Positions 14,622 to 27,600 are shown, counted from the stretch's first letter. The stretch is DNA of 64,000 nucleotides from Nitrospirales bacterium (GCA_965203295.1 CBDBCZ010000012.1:288001-352000), one strand, 5' to 3'. Made by a program: numbers and translations. The notes: a model not told the origin generated them from the sequence alone.

Positions 14622-15839
14622 ATGGCAGTAAGTTTTCATAATCTACAGCTCCCTCGAGGGGTTTTTGCTACCGTGATCAACACGCAAAACAGCAACCACG
14701 GTACCGGTAACACTGCACAGCCACAGGGCAGGACTGCAGGAAAAACGAGTGTGTCTGTAAGTAGTATGATCAACTAGTACATAGTGATATTGTGCATGAC
14801 TGCATGCGTTTATATCTTCTGCTGTAGTTTTTGGGTTAAGATTATGAGCATTGCACAGCTAGGAACTCATTAAACAAATTTTAGACAAATATTAAACGCG
14901 ATCAGGAATGAAAGTGGGCATTTATTAGAAATTGTATCTCTCTTTTCCCCCTCTCACACGCACACACTTCTTTCGATCGTCTTCTCTCCCATTTCTTTCC
15001 CTCTCACACCTGTATTAAAATGATGGTTTCACAATCTCTAATTGTATAATCAGTCATGCAAGAAGTACAAGTATAGGGTCACTATACTAAACAGCCCCAA
15101 GAGAGGAAAGAAAACAATCACAAGGCAACTTCATCATTTTGATGGTCGATTCCGTTCTATAACTAACATAAAAACACATTTGAGGGAAGAATTGGAAGAT
15201 GATGTACCCAGTTCCATTCACTTTGATGTTGGATATTATGAAAAACGCTCTACCAAGTGTTGGTTGGTCACTGCTGAAGATCTGGAACTAATGTACACAA
15301 CCATTAAGACAGATGAGATATCTCTTTGGTGCGATGCAGATGAAGGAAAATCAGAGAGTAAGCGTAAGAGAAAGGAAAATGGAAGTTCATCTAAGCAGGA
15401 AGAGGAGGATGTTGATGAGCACTACAAGATTCTCACTGAGAAGCATGGGGATACTTATACAGTTCCCCAGTGAAGATTGTGGGCACGGATGTTGCATTGT
15501 TGTACCCATGAGGATTACGATACTCCTCCTCCTTTGCCTATGTTTGGACCTCCAGCCAAGCGCCCTAAAAAGGATTCTTTAACTGAAACTATAACTAATG
15601 CTGCTGTTGCTATCACAAAAGCTCTTATCCCCACCACTCCTGTTGAGCAACAGAGCCAAGGCTCATCTGTCAGCCAATCAGCAGTTGGCATCTCTCCCAG
15701 CAAAAGTGTCGACCTACGAATGAAGAATCTTCAACAACTACGTTACATTCAGCAACTCTTTGATGATAAGATTCTCTCTGTAGCAGAGTTTATTGAGCAA
15801 AAGGCAGATATCTTAGCTGCACTACATAAACTGAAATAA
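14622..15839 (+). CDS. Transposon accessory protein of ~306 aa with a PB1/ubiquitin-like N-domain, a central RLWARM..H..YD.PP motif and a C-terminal SHOCT-like helix pair; one in-frame TGA
   Basis: Exon 1 is 14622-14756 (45 codons, GTAAGT donor). Exon 2 is 15054-15839 (CAG acceptor, in phase). TGA at 15471-15473 separates two ORFs in the same frame. C-terminus LQQLRYIQQLFDDKILSVAEFIEQKADILAAL. Confidence 0.75.
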
Positions 15840-15921
15840 AGAACTGGAGTTTCATGAGATACTTGACATGTGTGAAGTGTCACGGTTATTGTTAACATGC
15901 ATGCAGTGCTAGCAGTTTGTA

Positions 15922-16899
15922 TTAAGTGTATACTTTGCTGTCCGATATCCAGCCTTGACAGTCCTCTGGGGTGATGCATGAAAATGCAACAAGAATGTGG
16001 GACTCTAAGTCATCCTGGCAAGTTATCTCCATGTTCTTTAGCTGTGACTTGACTTTTGAAAAGCATTCCTCGATAGGATTTAAGTCAGGAGAGTAGGGGG
16101 GAAGATAGTGTACTAGTGCACCAACCTGAGTGATTATTGATGCAACCCCTTGCACATGGTGAACTGAGCAATTATCACTATACTATTTGGGTTCATGCCA
16201 TCAAAGGGCATCAAGGTTGGAAGTACGTCTCTCTGGACAAAGTCAAGGAACTCCTCACCATCAACAGTACCCCTTACAACTTTCAAAGCCTGAATTCCTT
16301 CACTAGTCATAGCTGATATTGCAGACAATCTCTCCTCCTCGCATCAGTAACTTGCAAGATCTTGGCGGCTTTCCTCGAAGACTATAGCCATATTTCCTCA
16401 AAGCATCTCTACAATCAGATCCCGTCTCATCTACAAACACTAACATGTTTGGCCTGTACAGAGATACATCTATAGCAAATTGTTCACGAAGCTCTCTGTC
16501 ACACTGCTTTGCCACCATCTGCATTTTTTGGCGGGTGAAATTTGAGGAGTGCAGAAAAACACACAGGAAAGAGACACTGACTTCCACACCAGTAAGGACA
16601 TATACCTCCGTCTGAATTTCCCTCAAGTATATTCCTGGGTACTGAAGTACCGTGTGGAGAATGGTTAGCTGAACAGGCATGCTGAGCTTTTTGTTTGGCC
16701 TGGAATTTTTGGGATAAGGCCTTTTCTCCACACTTCCAGTATCTCGAAAGAGGCGAACAACTCGACTTACAGTGGAGGGATCGACACCTAAGTTGCTAGC
16801 AACAGTTTTCAAGTTGAGTCCCAACGCCTCCCTTTGCCAAACCATTCTCCATCTGAGATCTTCGCTATAAGCACTAGTTTTTCTTGAACTGATCGACAT
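15922..16899 (-). pseudogene. DD34E Tc1/IS630-like transposase with two frameshifts
   Basis: ATG at 16899. N-terminal HTH AYSEDLRWRMV..VASNLGVDPSTVSRVV, then VFVDETG, DNCSVHH and LPPYSPDLNPIE, with 34 residues between the second D and E. Frameshifts near 16335 and 16175. Confidence 0.92.
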
Positions 16900-18350
16900 A
16901 GCAAACGCTGCGGACGGTCTTGGATTTCGCGCGTGGCAACTTTCAAATTTAACAACTGCTGCGCATGCCCGGAACGCGTGCAATAATACGCTTGCAAGAT
17001 TCCCCAAATTTCCTGTACCGCGAGGCTATCGCATCAATTATCGGACGAGCATGCGCATAACCTTTTGCACTTTGCCAGACGGCAAATTTACACAATAAGT
17101 AGATGGAACACCTACCTAATTGAAGAGACGGGTTCATGAGCCCTGAGATGTGCACTAGCACCAAAGGTAATATAAAAGACTTGTTATTGCTACTAGAAGT
17201 CCGGTTCAAAGACCTCCGGGTGCCATAAGACTCAGATGATAGAACATATAGATACCATGTACTATCGCATGATATCTGCAAGGGATAGCTTTGAATAATT
17301 GAGGTAATCTGGGTACCATTGCAAATATCAGGCAGGACTGGTTTTGGAAGACTGATCTCAGAGCTGGAGGTAAGGGTCTATATGTAGCGTCTACACAACC
17401 CTCCCCCCCCCCCCCCCCCAATGTACTAGAATTTGTATTACTGTAAGTTGGAGAACACTTGTTAAACAGAACCAATACAATTTGAGCAAAACCAGTCACC
17501 AGCTGGCTCCTGCACAATGCCAGCACACTGAAAGTGTAGCCACTCCATATAGGAAGTGCACTCCACCCACTGCCCATCACTGTGTGTGCCACACTCTGCA
17601 CAAGCAACTGAAAAAATGGAGATAAATACAGGTAAAATACATGTAGTTCACATAAACAGACAAGTATGGGGAGACCCTCCAGCAACAACACGACCACCAA
17701 AATCCATGTGGACTTAGTGCACTAATTATGCGCATGTGTGAACAGTGGATACCCGGCACATTTTTCCCGCCTTCAATGCGCCTGGGTACGAGGCTATGTA
17801 GAATACTGCAGAACTATGCATGAGTAACAGATATTTATAACTAAACACAAAGTTAATAAAGTAGTAATACATGTACTAAGTTCTTGTTGCCATGATTATT
17901 TTGTCACACAATGTGCATCTAAAAATGCCTGCAACACCTATGGCCGTTTCAGTTTAGTGAAAGCCTTAAGTACCATTAGGTAGAGCACTACGAGGCTAGC
18001 TAGTGGACCTGGGCAATAAAACAGTCTTGGGTAGGTTAATTAATTAATTAATTCACTTTTTTGCCGTACATTAACGTTTACTATTTTATTTGCACAGTAA
18101 TTAGAGCATTACACAAGGGTCACTTCTGTTCATTAATGTCAACCAACTACTTACCATCGTCACCGGATAGGTCCAATAGCGGAGTTGCGCCTGCTCCAGT
18201 CACTGACCGTTCTTGAGCAACAGGCATACCTACACAAAGGCGAAGTTTGGTAGTTTACTGTCTTGTATAGAAGACTATTAACATGTCACTATGTAACATT
18301 TGTGCATGTGTACTACATTACTATTAAACATTTAATCTGAATTTACCTGG

Positions 18351-19813
18351 ACACTCAAAGACATCTCACCTGTGCGACTGGAGGCTTGGACAACGGACTC
18401 CGACTCCTCCTCCAAGGAGGAATCTAGGACTGGACGCACTCACTTCGCAGCTCTTCCGGCGGTCGAAACTCCTGCACGAGAGTAACCACTAGCAATATGT
18501 CATGGATACAAAGACACATGGGCACAAACCTCGCCCTTACCTGCTGAACTCTTCTGCTTGGACTTAATGGAAGTCTTTTCGCTGGCTACAGTGGATGGGA
18601 TTTACCATTATTACCCCACCGTATTGCTCCTCATCAGATTTACAGTACCTGCCACTCCAGAGTCGTCCATCCTCGGCCTCCCTGTTCCAAGCACACGTGA
18701 TGTCGATCTCAGTTCAGCTTTCTTCTTGGTAATGTCTACGTGAAAAGCAAAAGATAGCCAGGTTTGTGATGGCAATTGCATTTTACACTCTTAAAGACAG
18801 CTTACCTGGGCAGCTGGTTGTCGGGGCAAGAGCCTGCTCCTCACCACTAGAGAGCTCACTAGTTCCACTCACCCCAGTTGCCGACCTTCCTCGAGTAAGT
18901 GGCACGCCTACATAGGACACACAAGTTCAATCGTTGCTTCCACAGATTCCAGTTCAACTCACTATTGCATGTACCTCTGCTTACCATGCTTACTAGCGGC
19001 TGTGGCTTTTGCTGTGGACTGTGGACCAAGTATCTTCCGGCTACCTAATCTCCCATGAAATGGCAAATAGAGGACCTAACGTGAATTTACCATCACACAC
19101 TTACACACTCAAAGACATCTCACCTGTGCGACTGGAGGCTTGGACAACGGACTCCGACTCCTCCTCCAAGGAGGAATCTAGGACTGGACGCACTCGCTTC
19201 GCAGCTCTTTCGGCGGTCGAAACTCCTGCACGAGAGTAACCACATAGCAATATGTCATGGATACAAAGACACATGGGCACAAAACTCGCGCTTACCTGCT
19301 GTACTCCTCTGCTTGGGCTTAATGGAAGTCTTTTCACTGGCTACAGCGGATGGGATTTACCATTATTATCCCACCGTATTGCTCCTCATCAAATTTACAA
19401 TACCTGCCACTCCAGAGTCGTCCATCCTCGGCCTCCCTGTTTCAAGCGCACGTGATGTCGACCTCAGTTCAGCTTTCTTCTTGGTAATGTCTACGTGAAA
19501 AGCAAGAGATAGCCAGGTTTCTGATGGCAGTTGCATTTTACACTCTTAAAGACAGCTTACCTGGGCAGCTGGTTGTCGGGGCAACAGCCTGCTCCTCACC
19601 ACTAGAGAGCTCACTAGTTCCACTCGCCCCAGTTGCCGACCTTCCTCGAGTAAGTGGCACGCCTACATAGGACACACAAGTTCAATCGTTACTTCCACAG
19701 ATTCCAGTTCAACTCACTACTGCATGTACCTCTGCTTACCATGCTTACTAGCGGCTGTGGCTTTTGCTGTGGACTTTGGACCAAGTATCTTCCGGCTACC
19801 TAATCTCGCATGA
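18351..19813. repeat. Two-copy tandem duplication with a period of ~754 bp, containing minus-strand exon-like segments
   Basis: ACACTCAAAGACATCTCACC begins at 18351 and at 19105, and the units are near identical. Confidence 0.92.
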
Positions 19814-19814
19814 A

Positions 19815-20000
19815 GTTAAGATTGGTGCCAAAAACATTGAGTGTTAGGAAATTGGTACCAGCAAGAAAGGCGAGCTTAGCACTCCACTGTTTCTTGCAGT
19901 GTTTCAGTGCTTGAAGAGCATCACACTTTGCACATATACCCAGCTGTTCAGTTGTGGGGGTGATTTGAGACTTGCAGACTGACAAGGCAAGCTATAAAAG
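19815..20000 (-). pseudogene. RPA70-C-like OB/zinc-ribbon fragment
   Basis: After removing a 4-nt duplication it reads ACLVCKSQITPTTEQLGICAKCD..SAKLAF..LTLNVFG (CxxC..CxxC followed by beta strands). Confidence 0.5.
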
Positions 20001-20044
20001 TATGTGTCTAGTGACAGAACAGCTGCAATCTCAACACCAGTTAG

Positions 20045-20225
20045 CGGTCACCAAATTATGCGAGCCACGGTCACAGGTGCTGAAGGACGTGTATGCTGCT
20101 GTTGTGAATGATGATGATAAGTCGTTGAAGGCCTTTCAGAAGCTCCCGATAAACACCACTGCAGAGAGGGATTACTCTGCACAGGAGACATGCCACCTTC
20201 TCCTCCAGCTACCAATGTTCATGTC
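20045..20225 (+). pseudogene. Helitron2/Helentron RepHel fragment (region after HUH-Rep motif 3)
   Basis: TK.CEPRSQVLKDVY...KAFQKLPINTTAERDYSAQETCHLLLQLPMF resembles the RDxSAQExxHxLLxLP signature. Confidence 0.75.
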
Positions 20226-20249
20226 GCGGCATTGCGGGACTTCATCATC

Positions 20250-20420
20250 CTTTGTCCTTGCGCTGCTGCCCTGCGTTCTCGCCAGCGTACATGTAAGCTT
20301 GGTCTCTGCCTTCGCCGTGCTCGCTCGTTCTCTAGCCTTCTCTCCTTCTCCACAGGGGTTCCGGCCGCTCTCCTTTCTCTGTAGCGCTGTCTGCGCCGCT
20401 CCAATGTCCGCTGTCTACAC
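20250..20420 (-). pseudogene. STPR-like Arg/Glu-rich repeat fragment, typical of Helitron RepHel N-termini
   Basis: RRQRYRERRAAGTPVEKERRLENERARRRQR. Confidence 0.5.
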
Positions 20421-20775
20421 AAGTCACTCATTCTCTCTCTCCGGAGTGCACGAAGTCTCGCGGGCCAGACTAACTTTTTGCGAAAAGTTACTCTGGGCCG
20501 CGAGACTACAGTGCACGCACGTGGTAAATGGGGGTAACTTCGGACGCGCTTTTTATAGGGGGTAACTTCGGACACTCGCTAGGAAACGATGCACAATGCT
20601 GCGTGCTGTATATCGCACATCGGCCTAGCGAGTGTCGGAAGTTACCCACGTGTCCGTTGGAGAATAATTGCCGCTGAAACGCGCGCCAACAGTTGTTGAA
20701 ACAGGCATATGCATGCCAACGTTTTTACGGAATAGACCATGCACGGACGCGCACGCACGCACAGGTCTGCAGGAA

Positions 20776-20811
<36 letters not shown>

Positions 20812-21164
20812 CTCACTCACGCTCGCCCCAAAAGGGTAAGTAATTGTAAAAATACAACAAATAAAATAATAATAAAAAAGAACAGAACAGTTAAACATGT
20901 GACGACAGCTTCATCACATGTAAATAGTCACAAAGCGAAGTCTCATCCACTTGAATCTTGACTTCCTGCGTCTAAAACAATCTTATGCTATTGATCGATT
21001 AGTACACTCAAATACGTATGCATATCCTATTTGTAGAATCTGAATGCCAGAGCTCAGTATGTACCGGTATATCAACTTACAATTGTATACGCATTAAAGT
21101 AATAGCAGGATGATTATTGTTTTTGAAAGCACTGACAGGCTCATGCAGTAGCACTGTGACTTAC

Positions 21165-21222
21165 TCTCTTCTTGTACAGCCTGGTATTTTTCTGCTGTGA
21201 CTTTGCCTTCTGGCTTCCTACC
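21165..21222 (-). pseudogene. aGPCR tail exon retained only in copy 2
   Basis: CAG|GRKPEGKVTAEKYQAVQEE|GTAAGT. The phase 0 to 1 boundaries join the VWHS exon to terminal exon 787-962. Confidence 0.6.
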
Positions 21223-21939
21223 CTGGGAGGTGAAACAATGTATGAAGCCGGTGATGTAACGAAGAAAAACATAAATACTTGGCCATCATTGCCTCTACCA
21301 AGTGTCAGCTCTAGACTCTACTGCAAGCTCTATATGTATGCCACATCTCACAGTGACCTAATGCACTAGCTGTCACCATAGTCACTGTTGATTCCAGAGA
21401 CATTTATGCTTGCTTAACACAAAGAGGTACACAAGCAGTAAATCCTTATTGGTCCCTCCCTCTATCTGTACATGATTGCAGCCATTCATGCCTTTCATTC
21501 TCCTTGAAATATCCTCAGAAATGTGTGGCCTAACCAGAAATAGAATTTGTGATAAAGCCTAATTTTCAAACCATAAACTAAACAACTACTCAACCAAGGG
21601 AACCAAACTTTCAACCACTGCTCAAACTACACAGATGTATCACTATTATTCATCCAATCAGTGGAAATGTACTTAAACATTTGTGTATGTATTTTTACCT
21701 TTCCTTTAAAGCTGTGCAGCAGTTTTATCAAAGAAAACACTGATGTACATGGACTTATTACTGAAAATAATGACAGTCTCGCGTCTTCGAGGCGACAAAG
21801 ACTAGTTATCTAGTTTTTGATCCCCCCCCCCCCACACACACTCTATTTAAAAGTTAGGTATGCATTACATAAAAGTGTGCCAGAGACAGGACACATAGCT
21901 AACAGTTGCAAAAATTACTGCCTATCTGTGATGGTAGGG

Positions 21940-24633
21940 AAAATGGAGAAAAGGTGATAATGCATGACAAAGCGGTGAGGTGGTGTGATGGTAAGATTAA
22001 GATTATGATAAGGATAATACTGGAGTGTGGTATTGGCAGGGGAGATAAACGGGGAGAGTGTTACAAACGATGTTCGGAAATCAAGGAATTGGTATAGATG
22101 GTTGAAATGAGGTGATTGAAAGGGCTAATTAAGATTTTCATGAAAACAGGACAGAGTTTTTGGACATTTTTTGGCAGGATCTTCAAATGGTAGTCGTAAG
22201 GGTATATAGCTTCTTTGAGGAGTACTCCAGGTTCATGTGCAACCAGCACTAAGGAAAATTTGGAAGTATTATGTGAGCATTATGAAAGGCTGGGTACAGC
22301 ATCCGTAGATGATCAGTTTGATGGTAACTGGAAAGAGCATGTAGAGCAGAAAGTGACAGAGTATAGGGAAATGTCTAGACTACAGAAGGTTAAGGTTTTG
22401 GACAGGGGAATTATTTTACAGAAATTTAACTAAAACCCTAAAGAACTAGAAGTCTCTAGCAGAGACATACCGATTGCCAATACGAACACGTGACCAGAGT
22501 CCATATATACCCGGCCCCCATTGTATTCTAGTTGTGACCGTATTAAAAAGGCAGAATGTACCATTGTTAAATAAGAAAAAGCTGGAGATGCAGCGTATGG
22601 AACCACTTTGGCGACTATCAGGTACACACCCGGACATTTTTTTTTAGATTTCAATGTTGCTGTTGTGTTTAGCAATCGCTTAACCCTGTATATCGCGAGA
22701 TAGCCCGATTTTTGGGTGGACAGACAACGAACAAACGAACGGACGGACGGACAGACAGAACAAATCACTTAACCCTGCCGCCGCCTACGCACCACGGGGT
22801 AATAATAATACAGGAGGTAATGATGGGTTAGTTGTGGAGCTTTTTAGGTACAGTGGCAAAGGAGTAGCTACATGTAGTCTGTTGAAAGTCTTATATGCAG
22901 TAGTTTGGACAGAGGAGAGTGTTCCTAAACAACAAGGACAAGTGTTAACTTTTAGCTTGTATAAGAAAGGTGATACTGAGGACCTGGGTATTTACAGAGG
23001 CATTTCATTATTAAATGTCGGAGGAAAACTGTTCTAAACAATCGCATAGTAATCACATTAGAATGAGAAAGAGCTCTTCATGAAGATTCAGAGAGAAAAC
23101 GAGTCGTGTTGATAGAATCTTTGCTTTCAATGAAATCATACCAGGTAGAATGTGGAACACTTATGCTTCTTTCTTAGATGTTCAGAAGTATGTAACACAG
23201 TTTGACATGATGGCTTATAGTTTAAGCTATGGGAAATTGGTGTTAGGGGCAGGATGAGGCGAGCTATTAAGGATATCACACAGAGTGCTGTTTTACTGGA
23301 GGCAGAAATATCTGATATAGGTCAGGGGGTGGCACAGGGTTGTAGTATGTCACCTATCCTCTTATCTAACTTTATTAATCAGTTGTTAGATGAGGTTGAG
23401 AAGGCTGTGATTGGCATTAATATTAAGAAGGATGTTCAGGTTGGGGGTCTAATGTTTGCCGAAAGATTTTGTAGGTTTAACTACTAACGTTGAGGACTTA
23501 CAAACATTGATTAATACAGTACAGGGGTTTTGTAATAAATGGAGGTTGAAATCTGACATAAAAAAGAGTGCTATTATAGTATTTTCTAAAGAGGTTGATA
23601 CAGGCACATGTACATGGAAGTGGGGAGATAAAAACATTCCAGAGGTTTTAAGTTACTGTTACTTGGGCGCTGAATTTTGCAAGTAATGGTTCACGGATAG
23701 TTATGTACAGAAGGTAATTAATAGTGGAAAGCAAAATCTACATTTAGTAACAGTAATATCAGCACAGTTACAAGAAAAATACCTATTGTTAGTTTCAGAA
23801 CTTCACCCTGCTTTAGAATATGGTAGTGAAGTGTGCATGGGCTTGTTATACATGGCAGACAGTTTCCTTGGAATTTATTCAGCTACGTAGGAGCAGCTAA
23901 AAATATATTTGGCTGCTCTTCTAAAACGCGTAATGAAGCATTAAGGGGGGTTAGAATCTTTTGAAAGGCAGGAGGCATAGGTGCAAACTTAAGTGGTGTT
24001 ATAAAGTCAGTAATTTGCATGATGAGAGATATCATAGCTTACTAGACAGTGAATGGTAAGTGAAATCGTGCAGAGGTAGGCAGAGGATGACTTGGACGAA
24101 AGTAGGTAGTAAATTGTTGGTGCAGTCATTAAATCTAGAGAGTCAGGATATAATTATTTGCTGAAGATTACAAAATAATGGAAATTAACAAAGTTTTCTA
24201 AGCTCCCACCGAACAAATCGTCTAATTCTCTCACGAAAATATTTCTAGTGGTATCTTACATAGGACACTCCCAGAGCACATGTACTACACTCTCACATTG
24301 TGTCTCACACAACTTACACTGCCTATAATAATTTTTACCCCTATGTCTTCCTAACTTTTTATTCCGAGGGTTAGTTCTTGAACCAAAACTTAAACATCAA
24401 TCATGTTCCTGCATCCCCAACCCCTGCAAGTAATTCTTAAATTCTATTTCTTTACAAAAAGACTTGTAGAGCCTCAGCCATCATACGTATATACTCTCTA
24501 TATCTCAACACTTCATCTACTCTCTCTAGGAACAAATGTATATTTAAGAGAACAGGCTTTGTTTTAGGGTGTGAGAATTGCGACAGGTATGATTTTAAGG
24601 GTGTATTAAGACTAGTTAAGAGTTTTGCATTAT
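21940..24633 (+). mobile_element. Degenerate LINE, duplicate of 1905-4890 (its 3' end continues at 28555-28705)
   Basis: Shares the same lesions, HINE insertion and inversion (24180-24545) as copy 1. Confidence 0.9.
22446..22802 (-). mobile_element. HINE/DINE-1-like element, duplicate copy
   Basis: Same element at the same LINE position as 2383-2741. Confidence 0.75.
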
Positions 24634-27600
24634 GATTTAGGTCTAGGGAGCTTGGTAAGAGGGACAGTAGCTTGGGAGGGAGATCATGTCAGGCTTATTC
24701 TCGCACCCAAGGATAGCAGGGGTGTTAGTGTTGGGGTGGTTAGAGAGATTTCTAGCTGTTTAAGGAAGATAGGCTGTAGATGTGTTTTGGATGAGTCAGT
24801 AAAACGGGAGTTCATGCCTCCACAGTGGAAGTGTTCAAATAGGTTTTGTGGGTTACAGTCTGGTATAGAAGGTACTGCTGATTTGGAGGAGGATGTTGAA
24901 GAGTGTAGTGAAGGGCATAGGAATTCTGTTGTAGATATGAACAAGATTCGAAGCCAGGCTAGTGTAGCTGAGAGGGGAGAACGGAAAGTTCGAGTAGCCA
25001 CCTGGAATTTTTCTGGTATCTGTAGCCAGCGTAAACAGAAGGAGGTTGCTGGGGTCCTAGTGAAAAACAACATAGATGTTTGTGCAGGCCAGGAGTCATG
25101 GGAAAAGGAGGAATCCAAAATTTCTGTAGATGGGTACAAATGGTTCGGGAAGCCTAGGCAAGGTTCTTCTGGGAGTAAGAGAGGAGAGGGAGGAGTGGGA
25201 TTCTTGGTAAAAGAGTGCTTAGCCAGTGGAGTAGAGCTTATTAAGGATGTGAATTATGAAGAAAGCATGTGGATTAAAGTGAAAGGAGAGAGAGGCAGGA
25301 ATACTTTGTTTTTGGGTTGTGTTTATATGCCTACAGATAGTGAAAATGTTTCCGTTATTGAAAGTAGTTACAGTGCATTGAAAGAGGATGTGCTTCGTAT
25401 GAAGGAGAGGGGTCAGGTTGTGCTTTTAGGAGATTTTAATGCCAGAGTGGGAAAATCTTCCGAATTAGATGATGTAATAGGTATGTTTGGTGAAGGAAAA
25501 TGTAATGCGAGTGGTAACAGGTTGATTTCCTTTTTAAATGAGGTTGAGCTTGTAGTCTGTAATGGTCATGAGTTCACTGTGGAACCGCAGTGGACTAGAG
25601 CTAGACCTTCTCTGAAGCAGAAGTCTATCATTGATTATATAGTTACTGATTCCAACTTGTTGCAGGTTTCAGGGAGTGTGCAGGTAGATGCAGTGGATAT
25701 AGGAAAATCGGATCATTTTCTGGTATGGATGGAATTGGGTAGGACTGTAAAAACCACTAAACAACAGAAGCGGGTGATTAAGAAATGGTGCATTGAGCGG
25801 TTTCAGGACGAGGAAGTGCGACAGAAGTATCAGGAAGCCTTAAGTGAAGAAGTAGATGGGTTTCAAGGAAGGGTACGCCAATGGAAAACTGAGGGGTTGA
25901 GGGGATCAGAATTAGTGAAGGCAGTGGTTCAGGATTGGGAGACAGTCAAGAGGGTAGCATCAAAAGAATTTGGGGAAAAGGTGATAGTGTGTGGCAAAGC
26001 GGCGAGGTGGTGGGATGCTGAGATTAAAGAGAAGATTAGGTTGAGGAGACAGGTTTTTAAGGAGATTAGTAGTGGCAGGGAAGATAAATGGGGGGAGTAT
26101 TACAAATTTCGTTCAGAAATCAAGGAATTGGTATGCAAGAAAAAATTAGATAGTTGGAATGAGGTGATTGAAAAGGCTAATAAAGATTTTTATGAAAACA
26201 GGAAAGAGTTCTGGGCATTTGTTGGCAGGACTTCAAAAGGTAGTCGTAAGGGTATTGCTTCTTTGAAGAGTACTTCGGGTTCATGTGTAACCAGTACTAA
26301 GGGAAAGTTGGAAGTATTACGTGAGCATTATGAAAGGTTGGGTACAGCATCTGTGGATGATCAGTTTGATGATAGTTGGAAAGAGCATATAGAAAAGAAA
26401 GTGACAGAGTATAGTGAAATATCTAGTTTGCAGAAGGATAAGGTTTTGGATCGAGGGATTAGTTATGCAGAAATTAAAAAGTGTTCTAACAGCCTAAAGA
26501 ATAATAAAACAGGAGGTAATGATGGGCTGGTTGGGGAGCTTTTTAAGTATGGTGGCAAAGGAATGGCTAATTTGTTGAAAGTCTTGTATGGGGAAGTTTG
26601 GACAGAGGAGAGTATTCCTAAACAATGGAGACAAGGGTTAATTGTTAGCTTGTATAAAAAAGGTGATGCTGAGGACCCGGGTAATTACAGGGGCATTACA
26701 CTATTGAATGTGGTAGGAAAGCTGTTTTGCAAGATTCTAAATAATCGCTTAGTAAGCAGATTAGAAGCAGAAAGGGCTCTTCATGAGGGTCAGGCAGGAT
26801 TTAGAGAGAAAAGGAGTTGTGTTGATAACATCTTTACTCTAAATGAAATTGTACAAGGTAGAATGAGGGAAGGAAAGCACACTTACGCTTTTTTCTTAGA
26901 TGTTCAGAAAGCATTTGACACAGTTTGGAATGATGGTTTATGGTTTAAGTTATGGGAACTTGGGATTAGGGGTAGGATGTGGAGAGTTATTAAGAATATG
27001 TATGACATCACACAGAGTGCTGTTTTACTGGAGGGAGAAGTATCTGAGCAATTCAATATAGGTCAGGGGGTGGCACAGGGTTGTAGTATGTCGCCTATCC
27101 TCTTTTCCATTTTTACTAATCAGTTGTTAGATGAGGTTGAGAAGGCTGGGATTGGCATTACTGTTAAGAAGGATGTTAAGGTTGGGGGTCTGATGTTTGC
27201 TGATGATTTTGTAGGTTTAACTACTAATGCTGAGGACTTACAAACCTTGATTAATATAGTGCAGGGGTTTTGTAATAAATGGAGGTTGAAATCTAATATA
27301 AAAAAGAGTGCTGTTATGGTATTTTCTAAAGAGGTTAATACAGGTGCATGTACATGGAAGTGGGGGAGATAAAGACATTCCTGAGGTTGTAAGTTACTGT
27401 TATTTGGGGATTGAATTTGCTAAGAATGGTTCATGGGATAGTCATGTACAGAAGGTAATAAATAATGGAAAGAAAAAACTGAATCAATTACATAGGTTTT
27501 TAAGTAATAGGAATATCAGTACAGTTGCAAGAAGATTATTGTTAGTTTCGGTACTTCGCCCTACTTTAGAATATGGTAGTGAAGTATGGGCTTGTAATAA

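Larger units (their letters stand above)
14530..17015. mobile_element. Tc1/IS630-superfamily DNA transposon with two convergent genes
   Basis: TA|CAGGAAATTTGGGGAATTTTGCAA (14530-14553) ... TTGCAAGATTCCCCAAATTTCCTG|TA (16992-17015), a 23/24 TIR match with TA on both sides. The subterminal motif GGGCATGCGYAGYAG is present at both ends. Confidence 0.93.

Noticed and set aside
15471..15473. Selenocysteine or programmed readthrough TGA
   Set aside because: A CGA>TGA mutation is simpler, the neighbouring transposase is also decayed, and no SECIS was recognised.
15042..15839. Fanzor/TnpB nuclease next to the IS630-like transposase
   Set aside because: The accessory ORF shows no RuvC D-E-D motifs or CxxC zinc finger, and it is too short.
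16170..16340. Programmed frameshift as in bacterial IS630
   Set aside because: There are two separate indels with no slippery A-run, and one removes residues just before the catalytic D, which fits decay.
16900..17007. N-terminal 36 aa of the 234-aa ORF
   Set aside because: It starts at a TTG inside the TIR; the real start is more likely the ATG at 16899.
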